Origin: Flammeovirgaceae bacterium
GTDB lineage: Bacteria > Bacteroidota > Bacteroidia > Cytophagales > Cyclobacteriaceae
Direction: 5' to 3'
NCBI GenBank assembly: GCA_003229495.1
Contig: QIEB01000489.1
Location: 1 to 39,277 of the forward strand
DNA length: 39,277 nt
A program made the translations under genes and the position numbers. The notes beneath the pieces were generated by a model, which saw only the letters and a program-made list of their open reading frames with translations, was not told the origin of the DNA and did no database searches. The stretch's first letter is position 1. Each line of letters starts with the position of its first letter. This document shows, one piece after another, positions 9,811-18,034 of the stretch.

Positions 9811-10344
9811 TTAGTCTCCGAGATATACCTCTAACAAACCATCAGGCAAGGAAACCCGTACCTGTTGATGTTCACGGTCTATACCCCGTACGATCTCTTC
9901 AGTATACGGGATCAACACCTCATGGTCTTGGTAGTCCATGACCAAAAGTATCTGAGAAGATTGATGATAAACTGAAACGATAAACCCAAGTTCACCAAGT
10001 TGGACATCGATTACTTTCCAATTCATCAGTTCATGGAAATAAAAATCATCACCTTCCAAAGACGGCAAATGGTCCAGTGGTAAATACAGAGCACTTCCTG
10101 TGAGTTTGCGGGCCTGGTCCTTTGAAGAGATCTCCTCAAACTTTGCAATGGCTTTATCTCCCTTGATTTGCAGGCTTTGAATAAAAAAAGGAACCAGTAC
10201 CTTTTCTCCTTTGAGGAGTAGAAATACTGATTCCAGATCTTTATAATTTTCCGGCTGGTCAGTATCAAGTAACACATGCACTTCACCGGAAAGTCCATGG
10301 GTTCCGGTAATATAGCCTAGTTGAAAACAAGCATCAATCTTCAT
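9811..10344 (-). CDS. rimM: 16S rRNA processing protein RimM
   Basis: LGYITGTHGLSGEV, FYFHEL, EVLIPY and LPDGLLEVY motifs, between rpsP and trmD. Confidence 0.96.
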   Translation of the reverse strand: MKIDACFQLGYITGTHGLSGEVHVLLDTDQPENYKDLESVFLLLKGEKVLVPFFIQSLQIKGDKAIAKFEEISSKDQARKLTGSALYLPLDHLPSLEGDDFYFHELMNWKVIDVQLGELGFIVSVYHQSSQILLVMDYQDHEVLIPYTEEIVRGIDREHQQVRVSLPDGLLEVYLGD

Positions 10345-10359
10345 GATGCTAATAAATAA

Positions 10360-11682
10360 TTATTTCTCCTTTTCTGAAGCAGGATTTTCATCAGCTGCAG
10401 GCTCTTCAGTGCTGGGCTCCTCAGCTTCCTCAGCTGGTGCTTCGATGGCGGCTTCTTCCGTTGGTGCTTCGGCTGCAGTTTCTTCTGCGGGTGCTTCGGC
10501 GGCAGCTTCTTCCGCCAGTGCTTCGGCTGCAGTTTCCTCAGCGGGTGCTTCGACGGCAGCTTCTTCAACTGGTGCTTCGGCGGCAGCTTCTTCCGCCGGT
10601 GCTTTGGCGGCAGCTTCTTCAACTGGTGCAGCTTCTTCTGCGGGTGCTTCGACGGCAGCTTCCTCCGCTGGTGCTTCGGCGGCAGCTTCTTCAACTGGTG
10701 CTTCGGCAGCAGTTTCTTCAGTTGGTGCTTCGACGGCAGCTTCTTCAACTGGTGCTTCATCGGCCGGGGCCTCATCAACTGGTGCTTCGGATGCAGTTTC
10801 TTCAACTGGTGCTTCTGCGGCAGCTTCTTCTGCGGGTGCTTCGACGGCAGCTTCCTCCGCTGGTGCTTCGGCGGCAGCTTCTTCTGCGGGTGCTTCGACG
10901 GCGGCTTCAACTAGTGCTTCAGCGGCGGCGGCTTCTGCGGGTGCTTCGGTGGCAGCTTTCTCTGCGGGTGCTTCGGCGGCAGCTTCTTCCGCTGGTGCTT
11001 CGGCGGCAGCTTCTTCTGCGGGTGCTTCGACGGCAGCTTCTTCAACTGGTGCTTCGGCGGCAGCTTCTTCTGCGGGTGCTTCGACGGCAGCTTCTTCCGC
11101 TGGTGCTTCGGCTGCAGTTTCCTCAGCTGGTGCTTCGGCGGCGGCGGCTTCTGCGGGTGCTTCGGTGGCAGCTTTCTCTGCGGGTGCTTCCTCAGCCGAG
11201 GTCTCAGCATCCTCCGTTTCAGCTACCACAGCTTTTCTCTTAATCGCCTCCGCACGTGCCTCCTTAACTTTTGTCTCTGATTCAAGCCTTTCTTTGTCCC
11301 TGGTGGACTGGACCTGTCGTAATTTTTCAACTTTAGCAGTTACTTTGGCTTCTCTTTCGTTCTTCCAGACCTCAAGTTTTTTGTCTGCGGCTTCTTGGGT
11401 AATTGCTCCTTTGTTCACTCCTACCTGTAAATGCTTCCTTAGCATAACACCTTTGTAAGAAAGCATGGCCCTTACTGTATCAGTTGGTTGGGCACCCTTC
11501 ATAATCCAATCGAAAGCCCTATCCTCCTCAAGATGTATAGTGGCAGGATCGGTATTTGGATTGTATGTACCAATCTTTTCAATAAATCGACCATCTCGTG
11601 GTGCTCTGGCGTCTGCCACCACCACGTCGTACAATGCCAGTTTCTTGCGTCCTCGACGCGCTAATCTAATTTTTACAGCCAT
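10360..11682 (-). CDS. rpsP: 30S ribosomal protein S16 with a very long acidic Ala/Glu/Pro repeat tail
   Basis: [14 protein letters not shown]...[22 protein letters not shown]...GAQPTDTV core, followed by about 28 [13 protein letters not shown] units. Confidence 0.97.
   Translation of the reverse strand: MAVKIRLARRGRKKLALYDVVVADARAPRDGRFIEKIGTYNPNTDPATIHLEEDRAFDWIMKGAQPTDTVRAMLSYKGVMLRKHLQVGVNKGAITQEAADKKLEVWKNEREAKVTAKVEKLRQVQSTRDKERLESETKVKEARAEAIKRKAVVAETEDAETSAEEAPAEKAATEAPAEAAAAEAPAEETAAEAPAEEAAVEAPAEEAAAEAPVEEAAVEAPAEEAAAEAPAEEAAAEAPAEKAATEAPAEAAAAEALVEAAVEAPAEEAAAEAPAEEAAVEAPAEEAAAEAPVEETASEAPVDEAPADEAPVEEAAVEAPTEETAAEAPVEEAAAEAPAEEAAVEAPAEEAAPVEEAAAKAPAEEAAAEAPVEEAAVEAPAEETAAEALAEEAAAEAPAEETAAEAPTEEAAIEAPAEEAEEPSTEEPAADENPASEKEK
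10417..11190 (-). repeat. 27-nt coding tandem repeat, about 28 copies (EAPAEEAAA)
   Basis: Plus-strand units such as GGCAGCTTCTTCTGCGGGTGCTTCGGC recur with period 27, with a few shortened units. Confidence 0.95.
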
Positions 11683-11700
11683 TTTCTAATTTCACTTTGT

Positions 11701-11711
11701 GGATCTCGTCC
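11701..11711 (-). promoter_or_regulatory. Candidate S16 autoregulatory leader hairpin (GGACGAGAUCC)
   Basis: Small GC-rich hairpin in an AT-rich leader of about 40 nt between the -7 box and the rpsP ATG. Confidence 0.35.
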
Positions 11712-11725
11712 GTTTTTAAGATCTG

Positions 11726-11733
11726 CAAAGGTA
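11726..11733 (-). promoter_or_regulatory. -7 promoter box TACCTTTG for rpsP-rimM-trmD
   Basis: Exact TAnnTTTG on the minus strand, 43 nt upstream of the rpsP ATG. Confidence 0.75.
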
Positions 11734-11765
11734 ATTTATATATTGGTTATAGCAAAACGTGGTCT

Positions 11766-11789
11766 AAGTTATAAATTATGAATTATGAG
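11766..11789. repeat. 7-mer tandem array (RARTTAT)
   Basis: AAGTTAT AAATTAT GAATTAT GAG. Confidence 0.6.
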
Positions 11790-11879
11790 CTTTGGGAATT
11801 GAAACCGATATTTAATTAATAGATCTTGTTATAATCTGAAATTTGATTTATAAAGATGAACTGCGGTATTTAAATTGAA

Positions 11880-12056
11880 ATGAAACGACCTAAGCTAAAG
11901 ATAGCACTTCTGTCTGTTGATTGGATCTTAGAATTTTGCGGGACATTGCTCCTTGCTTTAACCTGATACTACCTCCTGGCTGAATACGCCAATATTCTTA
12001 AGTTTATTGGCTTGACCATTATATTTTCAATGGTAATAATGATTATGAAAAAATAA
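11880..12056 (+). pseudogene. Eroded DUF1648-like membrane protein fragment
   Basis: MKRPKLKIALLSVDWILEFCGTLLLALT*YYLLAEYANILKFIGLTIIFSMVIMIMKK*. The N-terminus resembles Bacteroidota DUF1648 proteins (from memory). In-frame TGA at 11964. Confidence 0.45.
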
Positions 12057-12196
12057 TCCAATGCCCCAAGTTCCATACGCCTTGCACTAAACAAATTGAG
12101 ATCATAGGCATGAGATTTTGCTAAATTGCCGGACAATCTTACATTGCAATACACGTATATTCGTTTATGCAATTTTTCTATTTACAAACCGTTCTC

Positions 12197-12204
12197 TACC
12201 TTTG
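12197..12204 (+). promoter_or_regulatory. -7 promoter box TACCTTTG for sucA-sucB-lpdA
   Basis: Exact TAnnTTTG 23 nt upstream of the ATG at 12228, which supports that start. Confidence 0.7.
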
Positions 12205-12227
12205 ACAAATCTGACTATTTCCCGGCC

Positions 12228-14933
12228 ATGAACCAATACTCATATATATCCAATGCCCACAGCACCTATATCGAGGAACTTTACCAATCTTATATACAAG
12301 ATCCTAAATCCGTAGATAGCAGTTGGCGTCAATTCTTTGAGGGATATGAATTTTCACAAGAACAAAATTTTGCTCCGGCAACCGATACCAATGCCTACAA
12401 AGAAGTCCAGGTGCGTTATCTCATTCATGCATATAGAAGCAGGGGCCATCTAAAATCGGACACCAACCCTGTAAGGACCCGGCTTGATCGCAAGCCGAGG
12501 ATCAGCTTGTCCGATGTTGGTTTAACAGAGGCCGATTTGGATCTGGAATTCGATGCCGGGATGGCAATGGGCATTGGGCGTACCAAACTAAAAGACATTA
12601 TTGCTGCATTAGAATCAATCTACCTGGGGCCAATTGGCTTTGAGTATATGTATATGCGGGAACCGGAGGTATTCGAATGGTTTGAAAAAAAGTGTGAATA
12701 CGAGGCATTAAACTTTAAACTTACTGCAGCCGAAAAACAAAGAATACTATTCAAACTTAACGAAGCAGTAGTGTTTGAAAACTTCCTGCATACCAAATAT
12801 ATCGGTCAAAAACGATTTTCTCTGGAAGGTGGCGAAACCACCATACCTGCATTGGATTTTATTATTAACAAAGCTACAGATCTTGGGGTAGAAGAGGTGG
12901 TTATTGGTATGGCACACCGGGGTCGATTAAATATTTTGGCCAACATAATGGGTAAAACCTACGAGCAGATCTTTAATGAGTTTGAAGGGACCCAACCAGA
13001 CCTGACCATGGGAGATGGTGATGTAAAATACCACATGGGGTTTTCCAGCCAGGTGAAAACACCGTCCGGAAAAATCATACATCTGAAGTTGAGCCCCAAT
13101 CCTTCTCACCTGGAAGCAGTAGATCCCCTGGTCCAGGGATTTACCCGTGCGAAAATCGACAAACAGTACCACAACGATCAGGACAAAGTACTGCCCATAT
13201 TGATCCACGGTGATGCCGCTATTGCCGGACAGGGTGTAGTCTACGAGCTGGCACAGATGTCAAAACTAGCAGGCTACACCACTGGAGGGACCATTCACTT
13301 TGTTATTAACAATCAAGTTGGATTCACTACGGATTTCGATGAGGCCCGTTCAAGCATATATTGCACCGATGTGGCAAAAACCATCGACGCACCTGTTCTT
13401 CATGTAAATGGAGACCATCCGGAAGCGGTGATATTCTGCACCAAACTGGCAGTGGAATTTCGCACAAAATTCAATCGTGACATATTTATCGATATGGTTT
13501 GTTACCGACGCCATGGCCACAATGAAAGCGATGAGCCGAAATTCACTCAACCTTCTCTCTATAACATCATCTCCAAACATCCTAACCCCAGGGAAGTGTA
13601 CAACATGAAGCTTATTGAGCGCGGTGACGTGGATGCAAAGCTGGCAAAAGGCATGGACAAAAAATTTCGTTCGTTGTTGCAAGACCGGTTGAACAGGTTA
13701 AAACAACAGAAACTTCCCTATCAATATCAACCCATGGAGGAAGAATGGCGCACCATGCGCAAATCAGAGCCTAAAGATTTTGACAAGTCACCGATAACCA
13801 GTATCAAAGCGTCGGTGGTAAAGCAGGTTGGTGAAGCACTGATCAAGCTTCCTCAGGGTTTTAAGCCTATTAAGCAAATTGAAAAACAACTCAAGCAACG
13901 TCAGGAGATGTTTTTTGATAAAAAGGAACTGAATTGGGCTTCCGCTGAGCTGCTGGCATACGGATCCTTATTATTAGAAAATAAAGTAGTGCGACTTTCC
14001 GGCCAGGATAGCCGCCGGGGCACTTTTTCGCACAGGCATGCAGTACTTCGTGATGCACAAACCAATGAATCTTATTCCAGCCTGGACTTTATAGCAGAGG
14101 GTCAGGAGAAATTTGACGTCAACAATTCGCTTCTTTCTGAATTCGGAGTACTGGGATTTGAATTTGGATACGCCATGGCCAATCCCAATGCGCTGGTAAT
14201 CTGGGAAGCCCAATTTGGAGATTTTGCCAATGGAGCACAGGTGATGATCGATCAGTTCATCACTGCCAGCTATACTAAATGGCACCGCATGAACGGGCTC
14301 ACTTTATTTTTACCACACGGATACGAAGGACAAGGACCGGAGCACAGCAATGCCCGACCAGAGCGATTTCTGCAAATGGCTGCTGGCTGGAATATGTTTG
14401 TAACCAACATTACTACGCCTGCTAATCTGTTCCATGCATTAAGACGTCAGCTGGCTTTGCCTTTCAGAATGCCGCTGGTAATCATGTCTCCTAAATCCTT
14501 GTTGAGGCACCCCAACGTGATGAGCCCTATCTCTGAATTCACTGCCGGCCGGTTTAAAGAAATAATCCCTGATAATTATGCGACAGGGGGGAAAGTGAAT
14601 AAAGTACTAATGTGTTCGGGAAAGATCTTCTATGAACTTCAGGAGGAACAACAAAAGAAAAAACGACGAGACGTGGCAATTATCAGATTGGAGCAAATGC
14701 ATCCTTTCCCTAAGAAGCAAGTGATGGCCGAACTAAAACGGTATAAAACCGATCACATATATTGGGTCCAGGAAGAACCTGAGAATATGGGCGCCTGGGC
14801 ATTCATCCTGCGTTCTTTCCGCGAGGTGAATAAAGACATCATTTCCAGGAGGGCCACCGCTTCCACTGCCACTGGGTATCACAAGGTACATCAGGAAGAA
14901 CAAAGAAACATTATTGAACGGGCGTTTTCATAG
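12228..14933 (+). CDS. sucA: 2-oxoglutarate dehydrogenase E1
   Basis: KRFSLEGGE, GMAHRGRLN, IHGDAA...GQG (ThDP motif), WEAQFGDFANGAQ and LPHGYEGQGPEHS motifs. Start is MNQYSYISNA at 12228. Confidence 0.98.
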   Translation: MNQYSYISNAHSTYIEELYQSYIQDPKSVDSSWRQFFEGYEFSQEQNFAPATDTNAYKEVQVRYLIHAYRSRGHLKSDTNPVRTRLDRKPRISLSDVGLTEADLDLEFDAGMAMGIGRTKLKDIIAALESIYLGPIGFEYMYMREPEVFEWFEKKCEYEALNFKLTAAEKQRILFKLNEAVVFENFLHTKYIGQKRFSLEGGETTIPALDFIINKATDLGVEEVVIGMAHRGRLNILANIMGKTYEQIFNEFEGTQPDLTMGDGDVKYHMGFSSQVKTPSGKIIHLKLSPNPSHLEAVDPLVQGFTRAKIDKQYHNDQDKVLPILIHGDAAIAGQGVVYELAQMSKLAGYTTGGTIHFVINNQVGFTTDFDEARSSIYCTDVAKTIDAPVLHVNGDHPEAVIFCTKLAVEFRTKFNRDIFIDMVCYRRHGHNESDEPKFTQPSLYNIISKHPNPREVYNMKLIERGDVDAKLAKGMDKKFRSLLQDRLNRLKQQKLPYQYQPMEEEWRTMRKSEPKDFDKSPITSIKASVVKQVGEALIKLPQGFKPIKQIEKQLKQRQEMFFDKKELNWASAELLAYGSLLLENKVVRLSGQDSRRGTFSHRHAVLRDAQTNESYSSLDFIAEGQEKFDVNNSLLSEFGVLGFEFGYAMANPNALVIWEAQFGDFANGAQVMIDQFITASYTKWHRMNGLTLFLPHGYEGQGPEHSNARPERFLQMAAGWNMFVTNITTPANLFHALRRQLALPFRMPLVIMSPKSLLRHPNVMSPISEFTAGRFKEIIPDNYATGGKVNKVLMCSGKIFYELQEEQQKKKRRDVAIIRLEQMHPFPKKQVMAELKRYKTDHIYWVQEEPENMGAWAFILRSFREVNKDIISRRATASTATGYHKVHQEEQRNIIERAFS

Positions 14934-14951
14934 CCTAAACCAGGAGTAACC

Positions 14952-16484
14952 ATGAACTTAGAAATAAAAATCCCCACTGTGGGTGAATCAATAACCGAAG
15001 TAACCATTAGTGAATGGCTTAAACAGGACGGTGACTATGTGGAGATGGATGAGATCATATGTGAACTGGAGTCGGACAAGGCCTCTTTTGAGCTCAATGC
15101 TGAAGCCGCAGGGATACTGAAAATCAAAGCCCGGGAAGGAGATACTTTGGAGATCGGCTCAGTGATCTGTGAAATTGATACCAGCGCTGAAAGCGCTGGC
15201 AACAGTGTGGAACAAGAGGGCGAGCGCCAGATAGAGGCAAAAACTGAGCCAGAGCCTGCAAAAGAGACCTCTGTTGCTGTTGCTCCTGCCGTTGCTGACA
15301 TTATCGAAATGCGGGTGCCGGAGGTAGGGGAGTCAATAACGGAAGTGACGCTGGCTTCATGGATTAAGAATGACGGTGATTATGTGGAATTGGATGAAAA
15401 TATCGCCGATATCGATTCGGACAAGGCCTCTTTTGAACTTCCGGCTGAAGCAAATGGTGTGCTCCGAATTGTGGCGCAAGAAGAGGATGTGTTAGAGATC
15501 GGGGCTTTGATATGCAAGATTGAGGTTTCTGAAGCTCCTGTGATAACTCCTGAAGATAAGGCTACCCCTGCGGCGCCCGCCCAGACAGACACTGCTGGCG
15601 GAAGTTATACCGAGGGACACCCCTCGCCGGCCGCGGCAAAGATATTGGCAGAAAAAAGCATTGCTCCAGCAACAGTAGTTGGTACCGGTGTTGGTGGCCG
15701 AATTATCAAGCAGGATGCAGAGGCAGCACAGCAAAAAGTAGCCGCTGATGAACCAGCTGAATTTTCTGCGATCGCGTCCGGCCATCGCAACCAGCGAAGA
15801 GAAAAGATGAGCAGCCTGCGAAAAACCATCGCCCGGCGTCTGGTAGCAGCCAAGAACGAAACCGCCATGCTCACCACTTTTAATGAGGTGGACATGATAT
15901 CGGTGATGGACATTCGTAAAAAGTACAAGGACCGGTTCAAGGAGAAAAAAGAAGTGGGACTGGGATTCATGTCATTCTTTACCAAAGCTGTCTGCCTGGC
16001 GCTTCAGGAATGGCCGGCGGTCAACGCCATGCTTGATGATCAGGAGGTGGTATACAATGATTTTTGTGACATTTCCATCGCAGTAAGCTCACCAAAAGGG
16101 TTGGTGGTACCAGTAATACGTAATGCTGAACTACTGAGCTTTGAAGGGATTGAGAAAGAAGTAGTACGGCTGGCTGTTAAGGCACGCGAGGGGAAACTCA
16201 GTATTGAAGAAATGACCGGAGGCACCTTTACCATTACCAATGGCGGTATCTTTGGCAGCATGCTTTCCACTCCGATTATTAATCAACCCCAGTCGGCCAT
16301 TTTGGGAATGCACAATATAGTACAGCGACCGGTGGCAGTTGATGGAGAAATTGTGGTGAGGCCCATAATGTATGTGGCTCTTTCCTATGACCACAGGGTT
16401 ATCGATGGCAGGGAGTCTGTCAGTTTTCTCTACCGGGTTAAAGAATTTTTGGAAGACCCTGCCCGCATGCTGGTAGGTATATAA
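14952..16484 (+). CDS. sucB: Dihydrolipoyllysine-residue succinyltransferase E2 with two lipoyl domains
   Basis: Two lipoyl motifs (ESDKAS, DSDKAS), E3-binding [20 protein letters not shown] and catalytic DHRVIDG. Confidence 0.97.
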   Translation: MNLEIKIPTVGESITEVTISEWLKQDGDYVEMDEIICELESDKASFELNAEAAGILKIKAREGDTLEIGSVICEIDTSAESAGNSVEQEGERQIEAKTEPEPAKETSVAVAPAVADIIEMRVPEVGESITEVTLASWIKNDGDYVELDENIADIDSDKASFELPAEANGVLRIVAQEEDVLEIGALICKIEVSEAPVITPEDKATPAAPAQTDTAGGSYTEGHPSPAAAKILAEKSIAPATVVGTGVGGRIIKQDAEAAQQKVAADEPAEFSAIASGHRNQRREKMSSLRKTIARRLVAAKNETAMLTTFNEVDMISVMDIRKKYKDRFKEKKEVGLGFMSFFTKAVCLALQEWPAVNAMLDDQEVVYNDFCDISIAVSSPKGLVVPVIRNAELLSFEGIEKEVVRLAVKAREGKLSIEEMTGGTFTITNGGIFGSMLSTPIINQPQSAILGMHNIVQRPVAVDGEIVVRPIMYVALSYDHRVIDGRESVSFLYRVKEFLEDPARMLVGI

Positions 16485-16491
16485 ATAACTT

Positions 16492-17937
16492 ATGCAATAC
16501 GATGTAACAGTAATCGGTTCAGGCCCGGGTGGCTACATAGCGGCAATTCGATGCTCCCAGTTGGGAATGAAAACCGCTATTATCGAAAAGTACCCTGCCC
16601 TGGGGGGCACCTGCTTAAATGTAGGCTGTATCCCTTCGAAGGCTTTATTGGACTCCAGCGAGCACTATCATAAAGCAATTCATGAATTCGAAGAGCACGG
16701 AATCAAGGGTGGTAAATACCAGGTTGACCTGGAGCAAATGGTAAAAAGGAAACAGTCGGTGGTGGACCAAACTACCGGAGGCATCAGTTACCTTATGAAA
16801 AAAAATAAGATAGATGTCTATAACGGAGTTGGTGAATTTCAGGACAAAAACACCATAGCAGTGAGGAGTGCGGAGCCTGCCTCTCCTGCTGGTTTATCTG
16901 CCAAAGGCATGGCAGGCAGGCGCGAGGACATCAAGCTGACCAGCAAGTTCATTATTATTGCCACAGGGTCTAAGCCGGCTAGTTTACCGTTTATTGAACT
17001 AGACAAGAAACGGGTGATCACCAGTACAGAAGCGTTGGAGATCACCAAGCTGCCCAAGCATATGATCATTATGGGCGGTGGAGTTATTGGCCTGGAGTTA
17101 GGATCAGTATTCGCCAGGTTGGGCACCAAGATAACTGTAGTGGAGATGATGACCAGTATTATTCCCACCATGGATGGCACCATGGGCAAAGAACTTCAAA
17201 AAGTTCTGAAAAAATTAGGATTTGAGTTCCTGTTAGGGCATAAAGTAACTGAAGTTAAAAATACCGGACGTCAGGTAACTGTTACCGCCGAAGATAAATC
17301 CGGGGCATCAAAGACCCTCAAGGGCGATTATTGCCTGGTGTCTATCGGCCGCAGACCCTACACAGAAGGTCTTGGGCTGGAAAATGTGGGCATTAACACC
17401 GACCAGGCCGGTAGAATTGCCGTTGACAATCATCTCAGGACATCTGTAAATAACATATTTGCCATTGGAGATGTAGTAAGAGGGGCCATGCTGGCACATA
17501 AGGCCGAGGAGGAAGGGGTGTTGGTAGCTGAACAACTGGCAGGGCAAAAGCCACACATTAATTACCTTTTGATCCCAGGGGTGGTTTACACCTGGCCGGA
17601 AGTAGCTTCGGTGGGTCATACCGAGGAGGCCCTGAAGGAAGCTAAAATTCCCTACAAAAAAGGAGCGTTCCCTTTTAAGGCATCAGCAAGAGCAAGAGCG
17701 AGCATGGATATTGATGGGCAGGTCAAAGTGCTGGCACATCAACAGACCGATGAAATCCTGGGAGTCCATATCATTGGACCACGGGCTGCTGATATGATTG
17801 GGGAGGCTGTGGTGGCCATGGAGTACCGGGCCTCAGCGGAAGACATCTCCAGGATGTCACATGCGCATCCGACCTTTTCAGAGGCCATTAAGGAAGCGTG
17901 TTTGGTGGCAACAGGGGATCGGGCACTGAATATTTGA
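16492..17937 (+). CDS. lpdA: Dihydrolipoyl dehydrogenase E3
   Basis: GSGPGGY, GGTCLNVGCIPSK, GGGVIGLE and HAHPT motifs. Carries a 15-aa insertion at 16876-16920. Confidence 0.98.
   Translation: MQYDVTVIGSGPGGYIAAIRCSQLGMKTAIIEKYPALGGTCLNVGCIPSKALLDSSEHYHKAIHEFEEHGIKGGKYQVDLEQMVKRKQSVVDQTTGGISYLMKKNKIDVYNGVGEFQDKNTIAVRSAEPASPAGLSAKGMAGRREDIKLTSKFIIIATGSKPASLPFIELDKKRVITSTEALEITKLPKHMIIMGGGVIGLELGSVFARLGTKITVVEMMTSIIPTMDGTMGKELQKVLKKLGFEFLLGHKVTEVKNTGRQVTVTAEDKSGASKTLKGDYCLVSIGRRPYTEGLGLENVGINTDQAGRIAVDNHLRTSVNNIFAIGDVVRGAMLAHKAEEEGVLVAEQLAGQKPHINYLLIPGVVYTWPEVASVGHTEEALKEAKIPYKKGAFPFKASARARASMDIDGQVKVLAHQQTDEILGVHIIGPRAADMIGEAVVAMEYRASAEDISRMSHAHPTFSEAIKEACLVATGDRALNI
16876..16920. repeat. 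Palindromic REP-like element inserted in frame in lpdA
   Basis: CCTGCCT...AGGCAGG 7-bp terminal inverted repeat and internal CTGCC-AAAGGCAT-GGCAG. Exactly 45 nt and codon-aligned, encoding PASPAGLSAKGMAGR. Confidence 0.65.
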
Positions 17938-18034
17938 TTGAAGGCAGGCAAATTTCAAATAACAAAAATTTTGTTGTACTGGGGTTTGATTCTTTCATTA
18001 CTGGTGACAGCATCCGCTATGATCCAATGGTAGA

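Noticed and set aside
10417..11190. Possible CRISPR array
   Set aside because: Units are contiguous with no unique spacers, they are in frame in a protein, and no cas genes are present.
10343..11458. 371-aa Ala/Ser-rich plus-strand ORF and the other long ORFs over the S16 tail (10341-10910, 10437-11243, 10911-11210)
   Set aside because: They are antisense or alternate-frame shadows of the stop-poor 27-nt repeat in rpsP.
12126..12227. N-terminal extension of SucA in the ORF track (similar extensions for secA, dapF, rplS, SPOR, ASST and the monooxygenase)
   Set aside because: Downstream ATGs fit family N-termini or signal peptides better, and for sucA and dapF a promoter box lies inside the extension.
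14952..15530. Two lipoyl domains in SucB
   Set aside because: Lipoyl-domain number varies normally among E2 subunits.
17959..18033. Short hydrophobic frame ITKILLYWGLILSLLVTASAMIQW after lpdA
   Set aside because: It has no standard start codon or recognisable family and is too short to support.
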